Assembly (NCBI GenBank): GCA_033977065.1
Contig: JAXCHI010000002.1
Coordinates: 256,001-320,000 of the forward strand
DNA from: Candidatus Algichlamydia australiensis
Lineage (GTDB): Bacteria > Chlamydiota > Chlamydiia > Chlamydiales > JAJFMI01
Reading direction: 5' to 3'
Length of the DNA stretch: 64,000 bases
In this document: in pieces, positions 10,647 through 22,106 of the stretch
Position numbering within the stretch: the stretch's first letter is position 1
How the letters are laid out: the number at the start of each line of letters is the position of its first letter
Program-made: the position numbers and the translations under genes
The notes under the pieces: model-generated
The model's input: the letters and a program-made list of their open reading frames with translations, nothing else
What the model was told of the DNA's origin: nothing
Databases searched by the model: none

Positions 10647-11410
10647 AAAATTACTACTTTGTTGCTGCATCTCTGCCCTCGCTCGCGCTCGATCAGGAAC
10701 TTGAAATCTCCTTTGCCTCTCTTATGGAGCTTTTTGCGATGAATTTGGGGAGAGAGGATCTTGAGCAGATCACTCTTTTGCGCAGCTACTTTGATATCGA
10801 AAATCTCTTTCATCTCCTGCGTGATGAGACCCTCAACCTAAAGGGAAATCTCTTTCGTGGAGAGTTAGAAGAGGCGATTTTACATCCCGAAACTCTTCCC
10901 AATTTTCTGCAGGAGTTTTTCATTCGCTATCCCAAAGAAGAGCAGCAACTCAAAAATTCGCATATCGCCTACGAGCTCTATTTTCATTTTGCTCAAGAAG
11001 AAGCAAAAGGGTTTTTAAAACGCTACTTACAATTTGAACGAAAGCGTCGCTTGAGTCTTGCTGCTTATCGCGCAAAAAAACAGGGACGTGACTGGGCACA
11101 AGAGCTAATTGATGAGGAGCGTTTCGACTCCTTTACTGCCTCTCTATTAGCTCAGAAAGAGGGGAAAGGGATCGAATTCTCATTTGACCTGCGTGACTTG
11201 GGAGAGAAATTGCTCAGTGTGAGCAAGCCATATGAAGAGGCGCATATGATGGCAGAGTATCGCCTTAATAAAATAGATGATTTATCAGAATTCCCACTCT
11301 TCTCTTTTGACTACTTGGTCGCTTACACGATCAAGCTGATCATTTTAGAAGAGATGGCAAACTACGATCAGGAACTTGGAAGGGAGAAATGGAATGTCGT
11401 GTCAGGGTAG
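10643..11410 (+). CDS. DUF2764 family, V-ATPase subunit C-like
   Basis: YYFVAASLPSL N-terminus, FSFDYLVAY C-terminus, operon position. Confidence 0.85.
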   Translation: MKNYYFVAASLPSLALDQELEISFASLMELFAMNLGREDLEQITLLRSYFDIENLFHLLRDETLNLKGNLFRGELEEAILHPETLPNFLQEFFIRYPKEEQQLKNSHIAYELYFHFAQEEAKGFLKRYLQFERKRRLSLAAYRAKKQGRDWAQELIDEERFDSFTASLLAQKEGKGIEFSFDLRDLGEKLLSVSKPYEEAHMMAEYRLNKIDDLSEFPLFSFDYLVAYTIKLIILEEMANYDQELGREKWNVVSG

Positions 11411-13145
11411 TGTAGTCAAAGCTTTTGGAAACCTTCTGCATGTAAAATTTACCGGCAATGTGCGCCAAGGTGAAGTTGGTTTTGTCGAAATCGAAGGGGA
11501 TAAGCTTAAAGCTGAAGTGATTGAAATCGCAGGCGATGAAGCAAAGCTTCAAGTCTTTGAAGATATGTACGACGTACAGCTCGGCTCACCTGTAGAGTTT
11601 ACAGGCGATCTTTTAGAAGCCGAATTGGGTCCAGGACTGATCAGCTCGATTTTTGATGGGTTGCAAAATCCGTTAGAGCGTGTTGCTGAACAAGCAGGAA
11701 TTTTTTTAACACGAGGCGTCTATATTCCACCACTTGATCGCAAACGTACCTGGGAATTTACGCCTAAAGCAAAAGTTGGAGAGTGGGTCGAGCGCGGTGA
11801 CATGCTGGGGATGACTAAAGAGAGTCGTTTTGATCACCACATCATGGTCCCTTTTTCTCTCCGTGGACAGTGGAAACTCACTTGGCTTGCTGATGGAGGA
11901 AACTACACCGTTGATGAGCCGATAGCAAAAATTACAAACGAAGCGGGACGCGAAGAGACGCTGACTATGTGCCAAAAGTGGCCGATCAAATTGCCGCTTA
12001 TGGTCGGAAAAAAGGTCAAAGCGCGCAATATGATGGATACCGGGCTGCGTATTCTCGATGCGCAATTTCCTGTTTTAAAAGGCGGTACCTTCTGCTCGCC
12101 AGGTCCATTTGGGGCGGGAAAAACCGTGATGCAGCACCACCTCTCAAAATACTCCTCTGTTGATCTTGTGATCGTCTGCGCCTGCGGTGAACGCGCAGGA
12201 GAGGTAGTAGAGGTGTTGCGCACCTTTCCTGAGCTGACCGACCCCCATACGGGAAAACCGCTCATTAGCCGCACAGTTATTATCTGCAATACCTCCTCTA
12301 TGCCCGTGGCTGCGCGTGAAGCTTCGGTCTATCTTGGCGCTACCATGGCGGAATACTACCGTCAAATGGGCTTAGATGTTCTGCTCCTTGCTGATTCCAC
12401 CTCACGCTGGGCGCAAGCGATGCGCGAAATGTCGGGTCGACTTGAAGAGATTCCTGGAGAGGAGGCCTTTCCGGCATATCTCGCTTCCCGCATTGCAAGT
12501 TTTTATGAGCGCTCCGGAGTCCTTGAGCTGAAAAATGGCAAACAGGGATCGCTCACAATTGGTGGGACCGTTTCGCCAGCAGGCGGAAACTTTGAAGAAC
12601 CGGTAACACAGGCATCCCTCTCATCTGTTGGCGCCTTCCATGGACTGTCGCGCGCGCGCTCAGACGCTCGTCGCTATCCAGCCATCGATCCGCTCATCTC
12701 CTGGTCCAAATACCTTGTTGATGTCGACCGTGAACTCTCCACAAAACTCGAAGGGTGGGGAAGCAAAGTAGAAGAGGCTTCTCGGCTTTTGCGTTTGGGG
12801 GATGAGATCGGCAAGCGTATGGAAGTTGTGGGAGAAGAGGGGATTTCGCTTGATGATCTGATTCTCTTCCTCAAATCGGAAGTCTACGAGGCGTGTTACC
12901 TCCAGCAAAACGCTTTTGATCCCGTTGACAACTACTGTCCGATCGATCGACAAATTGAGTTGTTTAAACTTATGCAGAAAATTTTCACTGCAAAGTTTGC
13001 TTTAGAAGATGCGGATCTAGCGCGCGAGTATTTTCTCTCCTTGCAGAGTGAAATCAAAAATATGAATACGCTGCCTTACCAAACCGATAGCTATAATAAA
13101 ACGTATAAAGAGATAGAGGAGAAAATCCATGGAAAAAGTCTATGA
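11394..13145 (+). CDS. atpA: V-type ATP synthase subunit A
   Basis: Walker [27 protein letters not shown]. Confidence 0.97.
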   Translation: MSCQGSVVKAFGNLLHVKFTGNVRQGEVGFVEIEGDKLKAEVIEIAGDEAKLQVFEDMYDVQLGSPVEFTGDLLEAELGPGLISSIFDGLQNPLERVAEQAGIFLTRGVYIPPLDRKRTWEFTPKAKVGEWVERGDMLGMTKESRFDHHIMVPFSLRGQWKLTWLADGGNYTVDEPIAKITNEAGREETLTMCQKWPIKLPLMVGKKVKARNMMDTGLRILDAQFPVLKGGTFCSPGPFGAGKTVMQHHLSKYSSVDLVIVCACGERAGEVVEVLRTFPELTDPHTGKPLISRTVIICNTSSMPVAAREASVYLGATMAEYYRQMGLDVLLLADSTSRWAQAMREMSGRLEEIPGEEAFPAYLASRIASFYERSGVLELKNGKQGSLTIGGTVSPAGGNFEEPVTQASLSSVGAFHGLSRARSDARRYPAIDPLISWSKYLVDVDRELSTKLEGWGSKVEEASRLLRLGDEIGKRMEVVGEEGISLDDLILFLKSEVYEACYLQQNAFDPVDNYCPIDRQIELFKLMQKIFTAKFALEDADLAREYFLSLQSEIKNMNTLPYQTDSYNKTYKEIEEKIHGKSL

Positions 13146-14430
13146 TCGCATACTTAACATTCGTGGATCTCTGCTCACCGTGCGAGCCAAAGGCGCAAGA
13201 CTTGGAGAGCTAGCGCGGGTCGAGCGCGGTGACGGCGTCTCCACCCTCGCCTCTGTGCTCTCTATTGATAACGACCTTATCGTTCTCCAAGCGTTTGAAG
13301 ACACACGCGGCATCTCAACAGGGGATAGCGTCACATTTTTAGGAAAAAGAATGCGTGTACCTACTGGCAGCAGCCTTCTTGGTAGACGCCTCTCGGGAAG
13401 TGGTGAGCCGCTCGATTCAGGACCAGCTGTGCGTGGTGAAGAGTGCGATATTGGCCAGCCCTCTTTTAATCCCGTACGACGTATTGTTCCACGTGAACAA
13501 GTGCGCACCAACATTCCGATGATTGACATCTTCAACTGCCTTGTTAAATCACAAAAAATTCCGATCTTTTCTGTTGCAGGCGAGCCCTATAACAAACTTT
13601 TGATGCGCATTGGAAATCAGACCGACGCAGATGTTGTGATCATTGGCGGGATGGGACTGCGCTACGACGATTACCAAGGATTTATCGATAACGCTGAAAG
13701 GTCAGGTTCGATTGAAAAGAGCGTCATGTTCATTCACAAAGCGACCGACCCTGCCGTTGAGTGTCTCCTCGTTCCCGATATGGCACTTGCTGCTGCAGAG
13801 CAGTTTGCCATGCAGGGGAAAGATGTACTTGTCCTCTTAACCGACATGTCCGCTTTTGCCGATAGCATTAAAGAAATTATGATCACAATGGACCAGGTGC
13901 CCTCGAATCGCGGTTACCCCGGCTCTCTCTATTCTGATTTAGCATCGCGCTATGAAAAAGCGGTCGACATTGAGGGGAGTGGTTCGATTACGCTCATTGC
14001 CGTCACCACTATGCCTGGTGGCGATGTGACCCACCCCATTCCCGATAATACCGGCTATATCACCGAAGGGCAGTACTACCTGCACGGCGGCCGCATCGAT
14101 CCCTTTGGCTCGCTCTCTCGACTCAAACAGCAAGTGATTGGAAGTGTAACGCGGGAAGATCACGGCGATCTAGCCAACTGCCAGATTCGTCTCTATGCTG
14201 AGTCGAAAAAAGCCAAAGAGCGTGAAAGCATGGGCTTTCGTCTTTCACGCTGGGACCAAAAGCTCATTCAGTTCTCCAAATTATTTGAAGAGCGCATGAT
14301 GAACTTAAGCGTCAACATTCCCCTTGAAGAGGCGCTTGACCTTGGCTGGAAAACCTTAGCAGAGTGTTTTACACGCCATGAAATTGGACTCAAAGAAACC
14401 CTACTAAAAAAGTACTGGCCAGCCACATGA
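13129..14430 (+). CDS. atpB: V-type ATP synthase subunit B
   Basis: [30 protein letters not shown]. Confidence 0.97.
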   Translation: MEKVYDRILNIRGSLLTVRAKGARLGELARVERGDGVSTLASVLSIDNDLIVLQAFEDTRGISTGDSVTFLGKRMRVPTGSSLLGRRLSGSGEPLDSGPAVRGEECDIGQPSFNPVRRIVPREQVRTNIPMIDIFNCLVKSQKIPIFSVAGEPYNKLLMRIGNQTDADVVIIGGMGLRYDDYQGFIDNAERSGSIEKSVMFIHKATDPAVECLLVPDMALAAAEQFAMQGKDVLVLLTDMSAFADSIKEIMITMDQVPSNRGYPGSLYSDLASRYEKAVDIEGSGSITLIAVTTMPGGDVTHPIPDNTGYITEGQYYLHGGRIDPFGSLSRLKQQVIGSVTREDHGDLANCQIRLYAESKKAKERESMGFRLSRWDQKLIQFSKLFEERMMNLSVNIPLEEALDLGWKTLAECFTRHEIGLKETLLKKYWPAT

Positions 14431-15029
14431 TTCGATTAACGAAGAACGAGTTGCGTGATCAACAACTGAAAAAAACACAACTCTCTCGTTACCTGCCAAC
14501 ACTGCAATTGAAAAAAGCATTGCTCCAAGCTGAAGTCAATCAGGCAACCTTAGAAATTGACCATTTAAAAGAGCTTGAAAAGAGGGAAGAGCAGCTTGTA
14601 ACAGAGTTCCATAAACTCCTTTCGGCCCCCAATATTGCCCCACTACTCGATGCATGCAAGATTCTTAACGTCCAAAAAGGCAAAGAGAATATTGCAGGAG
14701 TCGATATTCCGACCTACAAGTCGATCGAGTTTGCTCCCGTTGAGTACCCGCTCATATCGACCCCACTCTGGTGGGATAACGCCTTAGAACAGCTACGCGC
14801 CACATTGATAGCAAAAGAAAAAATTCGAATTGCTAAAGAGAAGAAACACCTGCTTGAAAAAGAGCTGCGCGAAGTCTCCATCCGCGTGAACCTCTTTGAA
14901 AAAATTCTCATTCCGCGAGCAGAACAAAACATTCGCAAAATCAAAGTCTTTCTTGGTGACCAGGAGCTTGCCGCAGTCTCGCAAGCCAAAGCAGCCAAAC
15001 GCAAAATCTACCTTCGAGGTGGCCGATGA
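14427..15029 (+). CDS. atpD: V-type ATP synthase subunit D
   Basis: [19 protein letters not shown]. Confidence 0.95.
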   Translation: MIRLTKNELRDQQLKKTQLSRYLPTLQLKKALLQAEVNQATLEIDHLKELEKREEQLVTEFHKLLSAPNIAPLLDACKILNVQKGKENIAGVDIPTYKSIEFAPVEYPLISTPLWWDNALEQLRATLIAKEKIRIAKEKKHLLEKELREVSIRVNLFEKILIPRAEQNIRKIKVFLGDQELAAVSQAKAAKRKIYLRGGR

Positions 15030-16936
15030 TTATTAAAGTGCGCAAATACCTCTTTGTTGGAGCCAAACAGGAGCTGGATACATTCTATGCGCGTGCACAG
15101 CAAGCGGGCTTGATGGAGTTCATCTCTTCAAAAGGGCGCAAACGCATCGAATACCCCGATAAGATTTACAACTTGATCAAGGCAATTAAAATTTTAAAAA
15201 AAGAGCCAGAGCAACTTCCTGGCCAGCCCGTAGAAAATTGCGATGAGACCGTAAAAGAGACTTTAGACCTTACGACAACCGTCGAAGAAGACTTTGAACG
15301 TGAGCGCCACTACCGCAGCGAGATCGCACGTATAGAACCTTTAGGGGATTTTTCTCTTAAAGCGATCGAAGAACTGCAGATCTCCACCTCGCGTCAAATG
15401 CACTTTTACTGCATGAAGAGCAGCAGAGCGCAGCAGATCAAACTTCCAGAAACACTTATTCCCATCACCACGGCATACGACATGGACTACTTCCTCTCTT
15501 TAGAGAAAGAGGCAGTTATCCTCCCAAACCTCATCCAGATGCCAATTGAAAAATCTCTTAGCGAACTAAAAAACTTACTTGCAGCAACACAAAAAGAGAT
15601 TCAGCTTGCAGAAGAGCGAAGGAAAGAGCTAACAAGCGCACTTCCAGCACTTAAAGAGGCGCTGATACAAGCGCTGGATGGTTACCATTTACAAAAAGCA
15701 AAAGGGGATGCAGCAAATTATCTTGCAGGAGAAATTTTCTCAGCAGAAGCATACATTCCTAAGAACAAGATCAATGAAGTAGAAAAACTCACCGAAGACT
15801 TAGCGCTTCATATGGAAGAGATCGAGATCGCAAAAGGGGAGAGCGTGCCCACCTACATGGAGAACGAGGGTGTAAACCGCGTAGGAGAAGACCTCGTTCA
15901 CATCTATGATACCCCCTCAACCCAAGACAAAGACCCCTCAGGATGGGTCTATTGGGCCTTTGTTTTCTTCTTTGCCATGATCGTCTCAGACGGCGGTTAC
16001 GGTATGCTCTACCTCGCCTTAGGCCTCTTTTTAAAATGGAAATTTCCCAAAATCAAAAATACGGGGCGTCGCTTTATCCACCTCATTATTGCCCTTGGAA
16101 CAGGTTGTGTTATCTGGGGCACACTGACTGCCTCCTTTTTTGGAATCAATCTCCTACCCGAAAACCCTCTGCGCAAATATTCCCTTACCGAAAACCTTTC
16201 GCAAAAGAAAGCGGACTACCACCTAGCGCAAAAAGATGATGTCTACGAGCAGTGGACAGCAGCCATACCTGCAACCCAAAACGCTACAAATGGCAAAGAG
16301 TTTCTTTTATTTGGTACAACCGTAAAAGATGGAGTCAAGACAGACACCATCTCAGAGACATTTAACCTCAACCTACTGATGGAATTTTCCTTACTTGTCG
16401 GAGTGCTCCACATCATCCTCTCTCTCTGCCGCTCAATCAAAAGCCACTACGCAAATATCGGCTGGATCACCTTTATGATCGGCGGTTATCTCTTTCTGCC
16501 GTCCATGCTAAACGCCACTACCATGATCAACTTTCTTGGACTCCTCTCCAAACCCCTCGCCACCGCCATCGGTCTTAATCTCGTCTACGTCGGTCTTGGT
16601 TTTGCTCTAGTGACAGCTCTTATCCAAAAAGGCCTATCAGGCATCGGAGAAGTCGCCAACCTCATTCAATTTTTTAGTGATGTCCTCTCCTACCTCCGCC
16701 TCTACGCGCTCGGGCTTGCCGGTATGCTGATGGCCTCCACATTTAACGCACTTGGCGCATCCGTAGGAATGCCATTTGGACTCTTTATTATCATCGCAGG
16801 CCATAGTGTTAATATCGTTCTTGGCATCATGGGCGGCGTCATCCACGGACTGCGACTTAACTTTCTTGAATGGTACCACTGGTCCTTTGAGGGAGGAGGA
16901 AAACTTTTTAAACCATTATCACGAGGTACAAAATGA
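15026..16936 (+). CDS. atpI: V-type ATP synthase subunit I
   Basis: DGGYG, SYLRLYALGLA, HGLRLNFLEW. Confidence 0.96.
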   Translation: MIIKVRKYLFVGAKQELDTFYARAQQAGLMEFISSKGRKRIEYPDKIYNLIKAIKILKKEPEQLPGQPVENCDETVKETLDLTTTVEEDFERERHYRSEIARIEPLGDFSLKAIEELQISTSRQMHFYCMKSSRAQQIKLPETLIPITTAYDMDYFLSLEKEAVILPNLIQMPIEKSLSELKNLLAATQKEIQLAEERRKELTSALPALKEALIQALDGYHLQKAKGDAANYLAGEIFSAEAYIPKNKINEVEKLTEDLALHMEEIEIAKGESVPTYMENEGVNRVGEDLVHIYDTPSTQDKDPSGWVYWAFVFFFAMIVSDGGYGMLYLALGLFLKWKFPKIKNTGRRFIHLIIALGTGCVIWGTLTASFFGINLLPENPLRKYSLTENLSQKKADYHLAQKDDVYEQWTAAIPATQNATNGKEFLLFGTTVKDGVKTDTISETFNLNLLMEFSLLVGVLHIILSLCRSIKSHYANIGWITFMIGGYLFLPSMLNATTMINFLGLLSKPLATAIGLNLVYVGLGFALVTALIQKGLSGIGEVANLIQFFSDVLSYLRLYALGLAGMLMASTFNALGASVGMPFGLFIIIAGHSVNIVLGIMGGVIHGLRLNFLEWYHWSFEGGGKLFKPLSRGTK

Positions 16937-17355
16937 ACTTTGATATGATCGGCCCCGCGCTCGTTTTAGGACTCGGCTGTATCGGCTCTGCCATCGGCTG
17001 CGCAATTGGAGGCATGGCCTCCCATGGAATTATGGCACGAGTTGAAGAGAACCACGGAAAATTCATCGGCATGTCTGCCATGCCCTCATCACAAACCATC
17101 TACGCCTTTGTTCTCATGTGGCGTATGAAAGATGCGATCGCAGATAAAAGCATCTCTGCCATGTCAGGAATTGGCATTGGTGCCGCTATCGGCTTAGCTA
17201 TTATGGCTAGCGCAATCTATCAGGGAAGATGCGCTGCAACAGGTATCCAAGCCTCTGCAAAACAACCCGGGATCTTTGGCAAATGCTTTGCTGCCCTTGG
17301 TATCGTAGAGTCTTTTGCACTCTTTGCCTTTGTTTTTGCGCTCTTGCTCCTCTAA
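16933..17355 (+). CDS. atpK: V-type ATP synthase subunit K (c-ring)
   Basis: Four TM helices, PSSQTIY, GIVESFALF. Confidence 0.95.
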   Translation: MNFDMIGPALVLGLGCIGSAIGCAIGGMASHGIMARVEENHGKFIGMSAMPSSQTIYAFVLMWRMKDAIADKSISAMSGIGIGAAIGLAIMASAIYQGRCAATGIQASAKQPGIFGKCFAALGIVESFALFAFVFALLLL

Positions 17356-17366
17356 AAATATTTTCT

Positions 17367-17401
17367 ATAACTTGCGTGAGAAAGCTCATGCAAGTTATGA
17401 T
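17367..17401 (+). promoter_or_regulatory. Hairpin/operator overlapping a sigma66-like promoter
   Basis: ATAACTTGCGTGAG-AAAG-CTCATGCAAGTTAT inverted repeat; TTGCGT-18-TATGAT. Confidence 0.6.
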
Positions 17402-17424
17402 TTCTCTTACAAAATGGAGAAATC

Positions 17425-19110
17425 ATGCCAGATCCAGTAAGATCACGTTCCCCCTCACCAGAGCCTCGTCAACAAATGGAAGGTTCAAGTCGAGATGATT
17501 CACCAGAAAGAATTCAAAAAGTCGCGCAAGAAGGTTTTATGACTCCACCTAATCGTCAGCCAATAACGCCTTTGGCTTCGTCAAGGGTCGGTCGCCCAGC
17601 ATGTGTTAAGAAACTAGTTTTTTCACCTGTTTCTGGACTTTCAACAATTCCAGAAATTCCTGACGAAGTTTTCCATCCTCAGACTAAAGAAGAGGGGCCA
17701 CCTAAAGTGGATACAGTGGCTTGGGTTGTTCAAAATGCAGCTGCAATTGGCGTAGAAGGAGTAAAAACGGCATTTGATTTAAACCCTAATTTGGCTTCTC
17801 AAAGGAATGAAATTTTATCTCTGCTTCTAGAAATAGGAACTTTTAATCAAGACTTAATCAATTTTATTCTTAACTACGAATATCCTAGAGCTGAGCAAGG
17901 ACCTCCTCTAAATACAGATTTCATAAACAGCCGAAGCTTAGCTCATGTGCCCCCATCTGTTGGAGATGGCACACCCTCTGCCTCAGCAACCTCACCAGAA
18001 AACCCTCTTGAACGAGCATTTAGAAAAGCTGATCAGAATGCTGCAATGGAATATTTACTTAATTCATACAATGATTTAAAAGACTCAAATAAATGGTTCA
18101 AAGAAGCCATTATGATGGGCTGGAAAGATGTAGCTTTGAGTTTGGCAGAGAGAACAACCGAGTTTGAGGATGTTCTTTATGTTCATGAGAAAGTGAATTG
18201 GCCAGACGTAAAGAGTGCGCTCCTTAGAAACAATCCAACTTTGAAAAAACAATATGATGAATTATTTCCTACTGTTAGAGCAACTTCAAGAGGAACACCA
18301 TTAAAAAACGCGAGCTATGCACAGAGCACACCTTTACCGACCGCAAATCCCCAAAGCATGGCAATGGTAGCTGCCCCATATTCCCCAATAAAAGAAGATT
18401 CAACCTTAAGACCAGAACTGCTTGCTCTTTTAAATAAATCAACTGATCAGCTAACTGAAGGTGAAATTAGGGACTTGCTATGTAATGGGTGGCAAGAAGT
18501 TCTTAGATCAAGAAACGAAGACTTAATCATTCATTTGATGGGAACTAAAGTTACAGGTAATCTAAAAGACTTTATAGTATATGCAATTCAGAAAAGACTA
18601 AAAAAAGTTACAGAAGCCATTATAGAGAGAGATGTGAATTATGGCAGGAGTCTCCCTTTTAGAGTTAAATCGATATTAGATAATGGGTGGTTTTCAATTG
18701 CAGAAAGACTTTATCAAAAGTTTCCTAAGCTGTTTTTTAGTACTGGCATAGAAGCACATGCGAAAAAAACAATAAAGAATCCTGATATTCTTGCTTTTTT
18801 AAACGATGAACAAGGCCCTTTAAAAGCTTTGCAGACTGAAACCATTGGTCAAGCACAGGTTCCAGGATTGTTTAAAAGCGCCGTTGAGAAAAAATGGTCT
18901 AAAGTGACAGAAAACCTTGCAAATCTTTTAACAGAAGACCAAGCATTGGAATTAGCAGATGTAATTGGAATGTGCGTAAAAAATCATTGGTTTGAAATAT
19001 CTAATATTTTGCTCCTAAAGTACCCAGCTGTTAAACAAATTGTTGCGCGCAATGTAAGCAATTCGTCTGATAGCGAGGAAATAATAAATTATTTTATTGA
19101 TCTCTCTTGA
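17425..19110 (+). CDS. Hypothetical helical-repeat protein, candidate secreted effector
   Basis: Disordered S/P/R-rich N-terminus; recurring (G/K/H)W-x-x-(V/I) helical units. Confidence 0.75.
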   Translation: MPDPVRSRSPSPEPRQQMEGSSRDDSPERIQKVAQEGFMTPPNRQPITPLASSRVGRPACVKKLVFSPVSGLSTIPEIPDEVFHPQTKEEGPPKVDTVAWVVQNAAAIGVEGVKTAFDLNPNLASQRNEILSLLLEIGTFNQDLINFILNYEYPRAEQGPPLNTDFINSRSLAHVPPSVGDGTPSASATSPENPLERAFRKADQNAAMEYLLNSYNDLKDSNKWFKEAIMMGWKDVALSLAERTTEFEDVLYVHEKVNWPDVKSALLRNNPTLKKQYDELFPTVRATSRGTPLKNASYAQSTPLPTANPQSMAMVAAPYSPIKEDSTLRPELLALLNKSTDQLTEGEIRDLLCNGWQEVLRSRNEDLIIHLMGTKVTGNLKDFIVYAIQKRLKKVTEAIIERDVNYGRSLPFRVKSILDNGWFSIAERLYQKFPKLFFSTGIEAHAKKTIKNPDILAFLNDEQGPLKALQTETIGQAQVPGLFKSAVEKKWSKVTENLANLLTEDQALELADVIGMCVKNHWFEISNILLLKYPAVKQIVARNVSNSSDSEEIINYFIDLS

Positions 19111-19140
19111 GACCTTAAACTCTGAAATTTCCTTTCTATC

Positions 19141-19170
19141 TTGTGTGAAAAGCTCTCTGCAAGTTATCAT
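19141..19170 (+). promoter_or_regulatory. Duplicated promoter homologous to 17372-17401
   Basis: TTGTGT-GAAAAGCTCTCTGCAAGT-TATCAT. Confidence 0.55.
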
Positions 19171-19192
19171 TGCTCTCAAAAAGGAAGAATTC

Positions 19193-19735
19193 ATGGAAAG
19201 AGCAGGAAAAGCGCAATCGAAACCATCACAAGGATATTTAACCCCACCACAACCTCAACGTAGAAGAAGAGCTGTACCAGAAGAAGAACAAATTCGTCCT
19301 ATCTTGCCCTCTCTACAACATTTGAGATTTGCTACAGAACCACCCCGCTCTTTACAAGGAAGAGTTCAAACTCCCTTATCCCCATTTGGTTTTGAGGAAG
19401 AGAGTGAAGAGAGTCCATATACTCCGGAACAAGTGCTAAAAATTCTTTCAGATCCAAAAAATACTATAAAAGATCCTCTTGAAGCTATTGAAGTAGTCAT
19501 GAATAAAAAGGGATGGGAACAAGTTCTTTTGAAGCTTTATGAGAGAGTGAATACAGTGGATTTACTTATCGGGTTTATAGAGAGATTCCATGACAACGCT
19601 CTCTTAGAAGTTCTAGATACAAACCCTCTTTTAGCCCAGCAAAAAGCTTTAATTCTTGCTGAATTAACTGATAGAGGAATAGATGACGAGAGGCTCCATA
19701 ATTTAATCATATCCTTTGAGCCTTCACAATCTTGA
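19193..19735 (+). CDS. Hypothetical protein, paralog of 17425-19110
   Basis: AGGAAG RBS before ATG 19193; shared VxTV..DxNPxLAxQ..IL..L domain. Confidence 0.7.
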   Translation: MERAGKAQSKPSQGYLTPPQPQRRRRAVPEEEQIRPILPSLQHLRFATEPPRSLQGRVQTPLSPFGFEEESEESPYTPEQVLKILSDPKNTIKDPLEAIEVVMNKKGWEQVLLKLYERVNTVDLLIGFIERFHDNALLEVLDTNPLLAQQKALILAELTDRGIDDERLHNLIISFEPSQS

Positions 19736-19768
19736 ATGTTTAAATAAAAAAATATACCCTCTTAAACT

Positions 19769-21169
19769 TTGAAGGGGGAAGCTTTGGGCACAAGAAAAGA
19801 GAGAGATTCGTTAGGGGAGATTGAGGTTCCAGAAGAGAAGTTATGGGGAGCGCAGACCGAGCGTTCACTTGAAAACTTTAAAGTAGGAAATCATCAAATT
19901 CATACTGAAGTTATCCGCGCTTTTGGGTTTATCAAAAAAGCTGCAGCCATTGTCAATTGCGAATTGAAACTTATTTCTGAAGAGAAAAAAAAATCGATTC
20001 TTGGTGCTTGTGATGCTCTCCTAAAAGGGGAGCTTTATGAGCACTTTCCTCTGGTTGTTTGGCAGACCGGTTCCGGTACGCAGACCAACATGAATGTGAA
20101 CGAAGTCCTTAGCAACTATGCTATTGAAAAATTGGGAGGGAAGGTTGGTTCAAAAGATCCGATTCACCCCAATGATGATGTCAATAAATCCCAATCTTCT
20201 AACGATACGTTTCCTACTGCAATGCATATTGCAGCTCTACTTCAAATTAAAAATCATCTTATCCCTCGCTTAGAAGCCTTTCGCAATGAGTTAGAGAAAA
20301 AAGCAGAAGAATTTACTCTCATTGTAAAAATTGGTCGCACACATATGATGGATGCGACACCACTTACACTGGGACAAGAGTTTTCAGGATATGCTGCGCA
20401 AGTTGATCATGGCATTACGACAATCCAAAACGCTCTCTTTCATCTGCAGGAAATTGCTCTTGGGGGAACAGCTGTGGGAACTGGTATCAATTCGCATCCC
20501 GACTTTGCAGAAAAAGTTGCGGCAGAACTTACCAAACTTACAGGGTTAGATCTTGTTACTGCGCCCAATAAATTTGAAGCGCTAGCAGCTTCTGATGCGG
20601 TTGTGGAGATGAGTGGTGCGCTTAAGCGCGTTGCCTGCTCTCTACATAAAATTGCGAATGATATTCGCATGCTCTCATCAGGACCGCGCTGTGGCATTGG
20701 AGAAATTCTTCTTCCTGCAAATGAACCAGGCTCCTCCATCATGCCAGGCAAAGTGAACCCTACTCAGTGCGAATCGATGACGATGGTCATGGCACAAGTG
20801 ATCGGCAACGACGCCGCCATCGCATTTGCGGGCGCGCAAGGCCATTTTGAACTCAACGTCTATCGCCCGATGATGATTCACAATCTCTTGGAATCAATCG
20901 ACCTGATTGGAGATAGCGCAGAGAACTTTCTAGAAAAATGTCTTAAAGGCATTCAGGCAGATCCTAAACGCATTGACGAATTGCTTCATCGCTCACTTAT
21001 GCTTGTTACAGCACTTAGTCCCACAATTGGCTATGATAATGCGGCAAAAGCAGCTAAGCTTGCCCACGAAAAAAATCTTACTCTTAAAGAAGCAGTACTT
21101 GAACTCAAGCTGATGAGCGAAGAGGAGTTTGATAAAGCGATCGATCCTCGCAAAATGACCCATCCTTAA
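19769..21169 (+). CDS. fumC: Class II fumarate hydratase
   Basis: [24 protein letters not shown]. Confidence 0.98.
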   Translation: MKGEALGTRKERDSLGEIEVPEEKLWGAQTERSLENFKVGNHQIHTEVIRAFGFIKKAAAIVNCELKLISEEKKKSILGACDALLKGELYEHFPLVVWQTGSGTQTNMNVNEVLSNYAIEKLGGKVGSKDPIHPNDDVNKSQSSNDTFPTAMHIAALLQIKNHLIPRLEAFRNELEKKAEEFTLIVKIGRTHMMDATPLTLGQEFSGYAAQVDHGITTIQNALFHLQEIALGGTAVGTGINSHPDFAEKVAAELTKLTGLDLVTAPNKFEALAASDAVVEMSGALKRVACSLHKIANDIRMLSSGPRCGIGEILLPANEPGSSIMPGKVNPTQCESMTMVMAQVIGNDAAIAFAGAQGHFELNVYRPMMIHNLLESIDLIGDSAENFLEKCLKGIQADPKRIDELLHRSLMLVTALSPTIGYDNAAKAAKLAHEKNLTLKEAVLELKLMSEEEFDKAIDPRKMTHP

Positions 21170-21615
21170 TTACTTTTGTTGAAGTGGATGCCAAGTTTTG
21201 TGAGAAGAAAGAGGCAGGTGATTTTGGGATAGAGTAGGATACCGCGCAAAAGTTGAAAGTAAGAGACAGAGCGAATCTCTCTTTGGATCAGAGGAAGGGA
21301 GGCTTTTGCTTCATGGATCCATTCAAGATGGGGAGGAGCCATCGGCTCAGGGAGTCCGGTGAGAGGAAAGAATTTTGCTCCGAGTGTTTCGTTTGTAGCG
21401 GTAAGGTTTTCTTTTTCTACACGACCTTCAAAAACGTGTGTGTTTTGTGCCAAGCGATTTTTGGGAGTGTATTCGCCCACTTTGCGAAGAATTTTTACAT
21501 CCACTCCAGTTTCCTCTATAGCTTCGCGAAGGGCAGCTTGCTCAGGCTCTTCTCCTGGATCAATGCCGCCACCTGGTGGAACATAGACGGGAATATCGCG
21601 GCGCCGTACAAGCAA
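21166..21615 (-). CDS. NUDIX hydrolase (true start probably further upstream)
   Basis: Nudix box [22 protein letters not shown]. Confidence 0.85.
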   Translation of the reverse strand: MLVRRRDIPVYVPPGGGIDPGEEPEQAALREAIEETGVDVKILRKVGEYTPKNRLAQNTHVFEGRVEKENLTATNETLGAKFFPLTGLPEPMAPPHLEWIHEAKASLPLIQREIRSVSYFQLLRGILLYPKITCLFLLTKLGIHFNKSN

Positions 21616-21692
21616 AACTTGATCGCGCGCTTCATTGAAGAGGATTGCGATTGCCGCTTCCTTTTTCTTCTTTTTTGGAGTATCTTGATGGG

Positions 21693-22106
21693 GTGTTGCG
21701 ATATCTTTTTCCTCTACTTTTTCTTGCCTCGTGCGCCCCGTATTCTGTCGGCGTGAAAAGGCTCTCCTATGGGCGCGGAAATCTCTCTAGCACATGGGTA
21801 GGCAGTCCTGACCCTGAGCAGGAAAATCCACCTAAAGGACAAAAATTGTTTATTACCTACCGTATTCCACCTAGTAGGGTACGCAATGCCCCTATGTTAT
21901 CACTCCATGTAATTTTTCGAAATTATACGGAAGAGGTAATCACTTTTCCCATTCATCAGCAATCAGGAAATTTTCTCTACGAATTGATGAATGAAAAGTT
22001 TCAAGAGAAAGGGGGATTTTTAACGTATAAGGCAGAACTTGTTAATAAAGAGGGGGAGGTACTAGCTGACTGGCGTCAACAGATGTGGGTGGAACTCATT
22101 CAATAG
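21693..22106 (+). CDS. Chlamydial lipoprotein (CT303-like)
   Basis: Lipobox LASC; LSSTWVGSPDP; synteny between V-ATPase and valS. Confidence 0.7.
   Translation: MLRYLFPLLFLASCAPYSVGVKRLSYGRGNLSSTWVGSPDPEQENPPKGQKLFITYRIPPSRVRNAPMLSLHVIFRNYTEEVITFPIHQQSGNFLYELMNEKFQEKGGFLTYKAELVNKEGEVLADWRQQMWVELIQ

Noticed and set aside
10023..17355. V-ATPase operon lacking F and G subunits as a novelty
   Set aside because: The E-DUF2764-A-B-D-I-K layout is the standard chlamydial arrangement.
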